From the NCBI GenBank assembly GCA_017502865.1, contig JAFVUD010000006.1, forward strand, positions 189,832-253,831: a stretch of 64,000 bases of DNA, read 5' to 3'. The translations under genes and the position numbers were made by a program. Positions 56,325 to 64,000 of the stretch are shown one piece after another. Positions within the stretch are counted from its first letter, which is position 1. Each line of letters begins with the position of its first letter. The notes below the pieces were generated by a model. It ran no database searches, was not told where the DNA came from, and saw only the letters and a program-made list of their open reading frames with translations. This stretch comes from Alphaproteobacteria bacterium. GTDB lineage: Bacteria; Pseudomonadota; Alphaproteobacteria; Rs-D84.

Positions 56325-56789
56325 ATGAGACAAGAATCCGGACGTTCAATGATTGAAATGTTGGGTGTGTTGGCCATTATGGGGGTTATTACCGTTGGTG
56401 CAATTGAAATGATTCAGTTGGCAATGAATACCCAAAAACGTAATACGGTTAACGAAGAAGTCTTGCAAATTGTGACCCAGGTGCGAAACCTGCACGGGGA
56501 ATATGATGATTTTTCAAATATTAATGGATCGACTATTTTCAGTGCGATGGGGATGTCTAATAAAAATCCATATGGTGGTTTGTACGAGGTGTCGGTTGAC
56601 CCAGCCAATGCACGTCAATTTATTGTTTCAATTACAGGGTTGAAAAAATCAGATTGTGAAACATTCTTGACCAAGGCGTGGTCTGATTCGGTTGGATATC
56701 AAATGTCAGATGGCAAAAGCAGTGGTGCAACAGGGACATGTACAAATGCCAATGGGCGTAATACGGTTCAGATAATATACGGCGAATAA
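56325..56789 (+). CDS. Prepilin-type N-terminal domain protein (type IV pilin / pseudopilin / TadE-like), orphan
   Basis: MRQESG|RSMIEMLGVLAIMGVITVG has Gly at -1 and Glu at +5 relative to the predicted cleavage site, then a hydrophobic helix. Two C-terminal Cys (C-x30-C). RBS GGGGG 8 nt upstream of ATG 56325. Confidence 0.5.
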   Translation: MRQESGRSMIEMLGVLAIMGVITVGAIEMIQLAMNTQKRNTVNEEVLQIVTQVRNLHGEYDDFSNINGSTIFSAMGMSNKNPYGGLYEVSVDPANARQFIVSITGLKKSDCETFLTKAWSDSVGYQMSDGKSSGATGTCTNANGRNTVQIIYGE

Positions 56790-56821
56790 TTTCGGCGTTA
56801 TTTCAGGCCAAGGGTTTGTAG

Positions 56822-57790
56822 ATGGCAGAAATAATTACAGTTTCATCAGTAGAAGAAGGAACACGATTGCTGCGATGGTTTGTGCGGCGGTATCCGTCTT
56901 TACCACAACGTGAATTTTATAAACTGTGTCGTGGTGGACAAATTAGATTAAATTCTAAACGTGTTCAGGGTAAAGAAATCTTGCGGGCCGGCGATGCAAT
57001 TCGGGTGCCACCAACAATTGCTGGCTATATGCAGCCAACAGAAAAGAAATCTGAAAGTGGGGATAAATTTTCACTGGCAGATTTGGAAATGTTGCGTAAA
57101 GCAATTATTCATAATGACAATGATATCGTTGTGTTTAACAAGCCTGCGGGATTGGCGGTGCAGGGGGGAACAGGTATTAGAAAGTCTGTGGATAAAATGG
57201 CGGCGGCATTGTTCCCGTATGACAAGATTTCATTGGTGCATCGTTTGGATAAAGAAACCAGTGGGTTGTTGGTTGTGGCAAAAAATCAACGGGCGGCCCA
57301 GGTATTGGCAAATGCATTCCAGAACAAGACAGCACACAAAGAATATCTGGCACTGTTAAATGGTGCGGTAAAGCCGAATCGTGGTGTAATTGATAATTTT
57401 GTTATCAAAGGTCAGGTGTTTGATACACCAACCAGATTAAATGATGGTACGGGACCACGACCACAACGTGCAATTACAAATTATCAGGTTTTGTCCCAGG
57501 CGGGAAATGTATCATGGGTTCTGTTTTCGCCGAAAACCGGGCGTACACATCAATTACGTTTGCACAGTGCGTTTACATTAAATGCACCAATTGTTGGCGA
57601 TGATTTATATGGCAGAACACGTAATGTAGATGATGCATTGCGTTCTATGTTGGCGACAAATAATTTGTTCTTGTTTGCGTATAAGATTACGTTCCAGCAT
57701 CCAACAACGGGACGTATGATTACGTTGCGGGCAGAATTGCCAGAATTTATGGTGCCTGTGATAAAGTTCCTGGAATTTCAAGTGCCATAA
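56822..57790 (+). CDS. rluD: RluA-family 23S rRNA pseudouridine synthase (RluC/RluD-type, with S4 domain)
   Basis: HRLDKETSGLLVVAKN catalytic-Asp motif. N-terminal S4-like region. Confidence 0.8.
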   Translation: MAEIITVSSVEEGTRLLRWFVRRYPSLPQREFYKLCRGGQIRLNSKRVQGKEILRAGDAIRVPPTIAGYMQPTEKKSESGDKFSLADLEMLRKAIIHNDNDIVVFNKPAGLAVQGGTGIRKSVDKMAAALFPYDKISLVHRLDKETSGLLVVAKNQRAAQVLANAFQNKTAHKEYLALLNGAVKPNRGVIDNFVIKGQVFDTPTRLNDGTGPRPQRAITNYQVLSQAGNVSWVLFSPKTGRTHQLRLHSAFTLNAPIVGDDLYGRTRNVDDALRSMLATNNLFLFAYKITFQHPTTGRMITLRAELPEFMVPVIKFLEFQVP

Positions 57791-57807
57791 TGGATTAAGA
57801 TAAATAC

Positions 57808-59895
57808 ATGGTTGTAAGAAAAAGATTATTTTTTCCAATTATGCGAATCGTTGGCCTGTTTATAGGCGTGATGGTTGTGGCGATTACATTCGCATTAAGC
57901 CAGATTGATTTAGAATCGTTGCGTGGAAATGTTGTATCGATGTTGCAGACTGCAACAGGTCAGCCGGTTCAGGTCGAAGGTGCGGTGTCATGGAAATTGT
58001 CTTTGCGACCAAAAATTGAATTGAATCAGGTTAGAATTGCAAATCCGGATTGGGCCAAGCATGATTATGCGTTCAGTGCAGAACGAATTGATGTGACGTT
58101 GAATCTGGTGTCGCTGTTCCGTGACAGACCAACCATTCAAAATATCAAGATTTATGATGCGACGCTGTGTGTGGAAAAAAACGTCGATGGTAAATATTCA
58201 ATGTCTTTGTTTTCGCAATCGCCATCTAAGCCAAATAATGATGTTAATGCCCAACCGGAAAAGTATCCAATCAGGAATTATGGTCTGGGTGGGGTAGAAA
58301 TTAAAAACCTGGTTGCACATATTCTGGATAATACATACGCATATGATGGTTTAAGTGTGCGATATATTCAGCGACGTGAATCGCGTGAGTATGCAGGCTG
58401 GATTAAATCAGATGCAGAACATGTGTTTCCATTTATTGTAAATTTTTCTGAATATAATGCGGAACGAAAAATCTATCCAATGCGAATCGCATTGTCAACC
58501 GGTGGAGATGCGTTGATTGCAAATGTTGCATTAGAAGGTACCAGCAAAGCACCAATAGATTTTATTATCAAGGGTGATATTCCAGATGCAGGTGCGTTTG
58601 GTGATTTATTTAATATTGATTTGAAAACACTGCCGGCGTTTTCTGTAAATATGGCGGGTGGTTTTGACCGGAATAAAATTACGTTGCGTAAATCATCGAT
58701 TGCGGTGCGTGGTATAGATTTTACAATATCTGGTGATTATGATTGGGGCAAGGCGGTGCCGAATATAAATTTGAAACTGTCGGCGGGACGTGTCAGTCTG
58801 ATGCAGTTATTCCCAAATGCCTATGGTAATGAATGGATTCGACCAAATCGTGAATTAAATGTGTTCAAAGATATTCCGCTGTATGGTGATATGCTGTATG
58901 GAATGAATGCAAATGTCGCAATTGATTTGGGTGCATTGTTGGTATATAAAGATTTGTCTGTAGATAATGTTAAATTGGATGTAACGTTGCGTGAAAATCA
59001 TGGACGTATAAAATTAGATGCAGATATTGCCGATGGTGATGTTGAAATTGCTGCTGATATTTCTATGGACAAAGACGGACATATTTTCGCCGAGGTTGGC
59101 GGTATTGGTGAACGGATTTATGTTGGTGAAATTTTGAACCAGGTTCATGCGAATGATTTGCTGTCAGATTTGCCGATAAACTTTGAATTGTATGTTCGGG
59201 CCAATGGCAAGAATTTATCTGAATTTATGAACACGATAACGGGACCGGTTCAGTTGTATTCTGTGGCACCGGGGTATGCACATTCTGCATTGGTGTCATA
59301 TATGTATGGTACAGACTTTTTAACATCGCTGCGGCACAGTATTGAAGATTTATTTAGTTCTGAAAGTGAACATAATCAAATCAAGGTTTCTTGTGCGGCA
59401 TTGAATGTAAAACTGCGTGATGGACGTCTGGAGACAGAGCAGGGATTTGCCGTTGAAACGAATGCAATTAATATGCGTTTGGCGGGTAATCTGGATTTGG
59501 GTGGTGAAAGTATGCGGTTGGCATTGACAACCGTTCCGGTGCGTGGGATAAAGTTGTCTTTGACAGGTAAAGTGGTAAATTCAATCGAGCTGTCGGGCAG
59601 TTTGGCAGAGCCATCCATTTCAATCAGTGGTGCCGCAGTAGCCAGCAAGGTTGCGTCTGCGACGGGGATTGGGTTGTTGCTGGCACCGTTTACAGGTGGT
59701 ATTGGTTTGGTTGCGGGGGCCGGCGTTGGATGGCTGGCAGGTGATTTGCTGGAAAATTGGTTGGCAGATGTTCATCCATGTGAAACTGCAATGAAACGTG
59801 GGGCACCGGCAATGCGTGATGATCCAGAATGGATGGATGCACCAATGGCAGAATTAGTTAGTGGAATTTTAAACAATACAAATCAGGAGAAGTAA
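57808..59895 (+). CDS. asmA: AsmA-family outer-membrane biogenesis protein
   Basis: N-terminal TM anchor plus AsmA-like N-domain (VSMLQTATGQPVQVEGAVSWKLSLRPKIELNQVRIANP). Long beta-rich periplasmic region. 695 aa. Confidence 0.7.
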   Translation: MVVRKRLFFPIMRIVGLFIGVMVVAITFALSQIDLESLRGNVVSMLQTATGQPVQVEGAVSWKLSLRPKIELNQVRIANPDWAKHDYAFSAERIDVTLNLVSLFRDRPTIQNIKIYDATLCVEKNVDGKYSMSLFSQSPSKPNNDVNAQPEKYPIRNYGLGGVEIKNLVAHILDNTYAYDGLSVRYIQRRESREYAGWIKSDAEHVFPFIVNFSEYNAERKIYPMRIALSTGGDALIANVALEGTSKAPIDFIIKGDIPDAGAFGDLFNIDLKTLPAFSVNMAGGFDRNKITLRKSSIAVRGIDFTISGDYDWGKAVPNINLKLSAGRVSLMQLFPNAYGNEWIRPNRELNVFKDIPLYGDMLYGMNANVAIDLGALLVYKDLSVDNVKLDVTLRENHGRIKLDADIADGDVEIAADISMDKDGHIFAEVGGIGERIYVGEILNQVHANDLLSDLPINFELYVRANGKNLSEFMNTITGPVQLYSVAPGYAHSALVSYMYGTDFLTSLRHSIEDLFSSESEHNQIKVSCAALNVKLRDGRLETEQGFAVETNAINMRLAGNLDLGGESMRLALTTVPVRGIKLSLTGKVVNSIELSGSLAEPSISISGAAVASKVASATGIGLLLAPFTGGIGLVAGAGVGWLAGDLLENWLADVHPCETAMKRGAPAMRDDPEWMDAPMAELVSGILNNTNQEK

Positions 59896-59896
59896 A

Positions 59897-60655
59897 ATGT
59901 TTAATTGGATTGGCTTGATTCAGGTTGTGATTATTGTAGCGATGCTGTGGTTGTTTTATCGCAGTTTTATTAAAAATACGCAATCAGAAAAATTGGTGCG
60001 TGGTTTGTTGGGGCTGGCCGGGCTGTGGGCATCCAGTTTTGTGTTAAGTTGGGTCCATCTGGATTTGCTGGCGGCGTTTTTGCATTGGACGGCATTGTTC
60101 CTGTCGTTAAGTTTGATTGTTGTGTTTCAACCGGAATTGCGTAAATTTATGGCATTGATGGGAAATATTCAGGGATGGCGGCGTGTATTCAGGGCAGGTG
60201 TCGTGCAATCCAAGGATACTGCTGCGCTGGATGCGATTGTGTCTGCGGTGGAATATATGTCGGGCAAAAAGACAGGTGCATTGATTGTGTTTCCGTCTTC
60301 ATTAGATGAAAGTGCCATTGACAAGAAAGGTGTTGCAATTGATGCACGTATTACCAGTGAATTGCTGTTAACAATATTCTTTAATAAAACGCCGCTGCAT
60401 GATGGTGCGGTGATTATTGAAAACAATCGTGTTGCGTATGCAGGGGCTATTTTGCCATTGTCGCAAAATAACCTGAATTGGAAGTATGGAACACGGCATC
60501 GTGCGGCATTGGGCATGAGTGAAGTTTCACGTGCAACAGTTTTGGTCGTGTCAGAAGAAAGTGGTGATATTTCGATTGCGGAAAAAGGAAAGTTCACCAA
60601 GTATGATGATGCGAAAAAATTGCGTGCTAAATTAGAAAAGGTACTGAATAAATAG
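59897..60655 (+). CDS. cdaA: Membrane diadenylate cyclase CdaA (c-di-AMP synthase)
   Basis: Three N-terminal TM helices. DAC domain with DGAVII and RHRAALG…VSEESGDIS motifs. Confidence 0.75.
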   Translation: MFNWIGLIQVVIIVAMLWLFYRSFIKNTQSEKLVRGLLGLAGLWASSFVLSWVHLDLLAAFLHWTALFLSLSLIVVFQPELRKFMALMGNIQGWRRVFRAGVVQSKDTAALDAIVSAVEYMSGKKTGALIVFPSSLDESAIDKKGVAIDARITSELLLTIFFNKTPLHDGAVIIENNRVAYAGAILPLSQNNLNWKYGTRHRAALGMSEVSRATVLVVSEESGDISIAEKGKFTKYDDAKKLRAKLEKVLNK

Positions 60656-60682
60656 TTTCCAAATATATTTTTTGTGTATTTT

Positions 60683-60709
60683 GCACCCCATTTGGGTGGG
60701 GTGTTTTTA
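60683..60709 (+). terminator. Rho-independent terminator after cdaA
   Basis: CACCCCATTTGGGTGGGGTG hairpin followed by T5. Confidence 0.65.
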
Positions 60710-60788
60710 CGCTTGCCCCGAATCGGCATTTTTTGGTAAAATCAAATAAAAGAGTGTGTAGGAACACAAAAAATATTAGGAGCGTGTT

Positions 60789-61907
60789 ATGGAATTTTCA
60801 GTATTCCGTCAGGTATTGATACGCGCACTGGGCCACATGCAATCGATTGTGGAAAAACGTGCGACGTTACCAATTCTGATGAATGTTAAATTAGAAGTTG
60901 CAGACGATTTGATTATGTCTGCGACCAATGTTGACCTGGAATTGGTCGAACATGTGGCGGCCGATATCACACTGGGGGGCAAGATTACTGTGCCGGTCCA
61001 GATGCTGTATGATATCGTGCGTAAATTGCCAGATGATGCAGAAATTAACTTTAAACAATCTGGGGACCAGTTGGTCGTTTCCAGCGGTCGTGCGGTTTTC
61101 CGTTTGCCAACATTGCCGGCAGAAAACTTCCCTGCGATGGCGGGCAGCAATTTGACCACTAAATTCCAGATGACAACTGGGGATTTGGCACATTTAATCA
61201 GCCAGACTAAGTTTGCAATCCCAACAGATGATGTTCGTTATCATTTGGGCGGGATTTATTTCCATATTTCTGATGACAGTGGTGAAAAACGTTTGACAGC
61301 GGTTGCAACAGATGCCCAGCGTATGGCGTTGTGTGCAATGGCTGCCCCAGCAGGCAGTGCAGAAATGCCGGCTGTTATTTTGCCACGTCGTGTTATCGGC
61401 GAATTGTCCAAGTTGCTGGAAGATGCGACCGTTGATGATGTGACCGTTGAATTGTCAGATACCAAGGCCCGCTTTACAGTTGGGGCGGCAACATTGACCA
61501 GCAAATTGGTTGATGCCCAGTATCCAAATTATCGTGTGGTTATTCCAAAGGGTAATGACAAGATTGCAATTCTGGACAGAAAGTCTTTTGTTAATGCAGT
61601 TGACTTGGTTTCTGTGGCCAGTGTTGATAAAACAAAATCTGTTCAGTTGACATTCAGCATGAACAAATTGGTTGTTAATGCGTCCAGTCCAGATGCCGGT
61701 ACTGCGACCCAGGAATTGGATATCGAATACAATGGTGATGCATCGTTCACAGTGACATTTAATGTGAAATTCTTGCTGGACGTTGCAGGCCAGGTCGAAG
61801 GTGATAAATTCCAGATGGAAATGCAGGATCCTTTGTCGCCAACGATTATCAAATCGACAGAAAAAGATACAGATGCGTTGTTTATCTTGATGCCGATGAG
61901 AATGTAA
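60789..61907 (+). CDS. dnaN: DNA polymerase III beta sliding clamp
   Basis: Three-domain clamp architecture. Conserved N-terminal LxxALxxVxxxVxxRxTLPIL pattern. 372 aa. Confidence 0.9.
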   Translation: MEFSVFRQVLIRALGHMQSIVEKRATLPILMNVKLEVADDLIMSATNVDLELVEHVAADITLGGKITVPVQMLYDIVRKLPDDAEINFKQSGDQLVVSSGRAVFRLPTLPAENFPAMAGSNLTTKFQMTTGDLAHLISQTKFAIPTDDVRYHLGGIYFHISDDSGEKRLTAVATDAQRMALCAMAAPAGSAEMPAVILPRRVIGELSKLLEDATVDDVTVELSDTKARFTVGAATLTSKLVDAQYPNYRVVIPKGNDKIAILDRKSFVNAVDLVSVASVDKTKSVQLTFSMNKLVVNASSPDAGTATQELDIEYNGDASFTVTFNVKFLLDVAGQVEGDKFQMEMQDPLSPTIIKSTEKDTDALFILMPMRM

Positions 61908-61931
61908 TTCGTATTTATTCGAATGGTTTAT

Positions 61932-61958
61932 ATTCCGCCCCAATTGGGGCGGTTTTTT
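61932..61958 (+). terminator. Rho-independent terminator after dnaN
   Basis: CCGCCCCAATTGGGGCGG hairpin followed by T6. Confidence 0.7.
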
Positions 61959-61984
61959 GTCTGGGAACGATTCGTTTTTTATGG

Positions 61985-62201
61985 TATAATCTGTTTGTCA
62001 CAGGGTGTTCCTGTGATGGGGTGTCAGAACCCGTTACCAGTGTCTGGATCAATGTAAGTGATGCGGACAAAAAACTCCTGATTCTATCTGGGTCAGGAGG
62101 GTTTGTGGAATATTTGAATACACAACACAATTCTGGTAATTGTTCTGAACCTCCTGGCCACCAAGAAAAATGGTGGTTTTTCTTTTGGAAAAGGAAAACA
62201 G
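61985..62201 (+). promoter_or_regulatory. Promoter (TGgTATAAT at 61982..61990) plus a ~210-nt structured leader ending in a terminator-like hairpin immediately before the RBS
   Basis: Hairpins TCACAGG/CCTGTGA (62000..62020), CTCCTGA/TCAGGAG (62077..62097) and CCACCA-AGAAAAA-TGGTGG followed by TTTTTCTTTT (62165..62190). The segment GAACCTCCTG (62146) can alternatively pair with CAGGAGGGTT (62092). Confidence 0.4.
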
Positions 62202-64000
62202 ATGTTTCGGAAATTTTTTGCAGTTTTGTGCATGTTGTTTGGGTTTACGGCGGCATATGCGGGCCCGGTGGCCAATATTGAATGGGTGCACGGTGCAATA
62301 AATAATATTTGGGGTGTGGAAATTCCATATCATGCAGATTTGAAAAATCCGCGGTATGTATCAAATATGGAATATTTATTGACGGCGGTTGATCGGGCGA
62401 ATTATGTTATAAATGGATTTGAATCAACACAATATCGCAAAGATTCAAAGTATGCGACAAAGTTTGCCGCGGATATTGAAACGGCGGATGCGGCAATTAA
62501 TAACCTGATTCGTGAAGAGGTTCTGGTTTTTCGAACACTGCGAACAACAACTAATTTTTCGATACAAATTGCAGCCAAGGGTAATTTTACAATCGATTGG
62601 GGCGATGGAAATGTTCAGGAAATCAATCAAACAACTGTAAACCAGACAACGTATTCACATACATATGACAAGGCGGGCGTTTATTATATTAGACCACGTG
62701 GCACAGCAACAGAATATAATGGTAATGGATTTGTTCCATCGATTAAAATTGGGACACCAACTGCATTGGCAACAATAAATGGATCGTTGGGTTCCGTGTT
62801 CCCGACATTGGCCAATGGCAGTCAACCAAGTTTTTATGGTACTTTTTCGGGCTGTTCAAATCTGCGTGGCAAGATTCCAACGGATTTATTTGATGGCGTT
62901 CGTGGTCAGGCAGATAAGAGTTATATGTTTGCATTGTTGTTTGATGGGTGTTCTAAATTAGAGGGACCGATTCCAGAAAACTTGTTCGCCAGTGTGACAG
63001 GAAATCCAGTGCAGGGAATGTTTGAGGCAACATTTAGGAATTGTTCGTCGTTAAAGGGTTCGATTCCAGAAAAGATATTTCATAGTATTGAAGGTGATAT
63101 GACAAATTATCTGTTCAACATGACGTTTTTAAACTGCAGCAGTTTGACAGGTTCAATTCCGGGGGATTTGTTTAAAACTATTACGGGACAGCCAGGTATT
63201 GCGGGATTTTATAAGTTGTTTAGAAATACTGGGTTGACCGGTTCTATTCCGGGCACTTTGTTTCAAAATTTGAATGGTGAATCCCAGGAATCTTCATTTG
63301 CAGAAACATTTGCAAGTACAAAGCTGTCGGGAAGAATTCCAGAAAACCTGTTCAAGGGGGTAACGGGACGGCCAGGGCCAGGGGCATTCTGGGCAACATT
63401 TGGCGGTTCCAGAAGTCTAGGTAGCCCACTGCCAGAAAATTTGTTTGCCAGTATGAGTGGTGCACCACGTGCAAACAGTTTTAGAGAGACGTTTAATAGA
63501 ACAGGAACGTGCAGTAATTTGCCGGCAGGATTGTTTGCGACCATTCAGGGTGAACCTGCAGATGCTGTTTTTTATGAAACATTTGTTGATTGTCAGGTAA
63601 ATAAAATTCCGGCAGGGCTGTTTGATGGAATCCAAGGGCCACCGGCACCATATATGTTTTATCGAACATTCCATTGGAATAGTTTGGGATCAATTCCGGC
63701 TGGATTGTTTGCAGGTATTTCTGGGGCACCGGCACCATATATGTTTTATGGCACATTTGATTCTACGAGGGGGAGTGGGACAATAGGTGCACCATTGTTT
63801 GGTGATATTCGTGGTGCGGCTGCAACGAATATGTTTTATGCCACATTTAATAAGTCAGGTGGTGCTTTGACCGGGCCATCTGCCCAGATGCAGATCGTGA
63901 ATGAAGACGGTTCGACAGAAAATCGTTTTATCTATGAATTCTGGGATATGACATCAAATCAGGCAACGTATAATTCACGTGCCAGCGGAATGGACGATTA
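62202..64000 (+). CDS. Secreted repeat protein with BspA/DUF285-like ~29-aa repeats, 3'-partial (runs off the window). Absent from the supplied ORF track because no stop occurs in the window.
   Basis: RBS AAAGGAAAACAG before ATG 62202. Signal peptide MFRKFFAVLCMLFGFTAAYA. At least 14 repeats of the form [LF]xGxIPxxLFxxIxGxPxxxMFxxTFxNCSSL. Confidence 0.5.
   Translation, partial: MFRKFFAVLCMLFGFTAAYAGPVANIEWVHGAINNIWGVEIPYHADLKNPRYVSNMEYLLTAVDRANYVINGFESTQYRKDSKYATKFAADIETADAAINNLIREEVLVFRTLRTTTNFSIQIAAKGNFTIDWGDGNVQEINQTTVNQTTYSHTYDKAGVYYIRPRGTATEYNGNGFVPSIKIGTPTALATINGSLGSVFPTLANGSQPSFYGTFSGCSNLRGKIPTDLFDGVRGQADKSYMFALLFDGCSKLEGPIPENLFASVTGNPVQGMFEATFRNCSSLKGSIPEKIFHSIEGDMTNYLFNMTFLNCSSLTGSIPGDLFKTITGQPGIAGFYKLFRNTGLTGSIPGTLFQNLNGESQESSFAETFASTKLSGRIPENLFKGVTGRPGPGAFWATFGGSRSLGSPLPENLFASMSGAPRANSFRETFNRTGTCSNLPAGLFATIQGEPADAVFYETFVDCQVNKIPAGLFDGIQGPPAPYMFYRTFHWNSLGSIPAGLFAGISGAPAPYMFYGTFDSTRGSGTIGAPLFGDIRGAAATNMFYATFNKSGGALTGPSAQMQIVNEDGSTENRFIYEFWDMTSNQATYNSRASGMDD

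Noticed and set aside
1-64000. Searched for CRISPR arrays, IS elements or transposases, integrases, rRNA genes, and canonical toxin-antitoxin or restriction-modification systems.
   Set aside because: No direct-repeat/spacer array and no DDE-transposase, tyrosine/serine-recombinase or methyltransferase-like ORFs were recognisable. The only tandem repeats are intragenic, in the fibre-like gene.

Overview
This 64-kb window is a chromosomal segment from a diderm (Gram-negative-type) bacterium of moderate AT content. Protein-coding density is about 90%. Envelope genes (lnt, lolA, tatABC, asmA, an OM beta-barrel protein, secretin) show the cell type. The window contains a candidate replication-origin region: dprA, a 530-bp structured non-coding stretch, then dnaA. 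Most genes are housekeeping: gltX, thrS, gatCAB, miaB, trmB, two split suf clusters, ftsL-ftsI, recJ, nrnA, tatA/B/C, trxA, dksA, rpsT, plsY, parE, dnaJ, pgsA, uvrC, rluD, cdaA, dnaN, tRNA-Lys(CTT) and tRNA-Phe(GAA). Several small accessory or lineage-specific modules interrupt them. The main ones are: (i) an orphan outer-membrane module for a type IVb pilus, with a protein carrying a TcpQ-like C-terminal domain next to a lipoprotein secretin. It lies directly upstream of a secreted repeat protein with a phage tail-fibre-like C-terminal motif and a glycine-rich protein, and a T13 homopolymer sits in the promoter region. (ii) A large Cys-rich secreted repeat protein inserted directly after dnaA. 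(iii) A secreted BspA/DUF285-like repeat protein, 3'-partial at the window edge, behind a terminator-containing leader. (iv) An in-frame YbeY-Lnt fusion. (v) A three-gene cluster of unknowns ending in a SUKH/SMI1-like protein. (vi) An orphan prepilin-like gene. No CRISPR array, IS element, integrase or rRNA gene was seen. All functional calls rest on motifs recognised by eye in the supplied translations. No database search was run.
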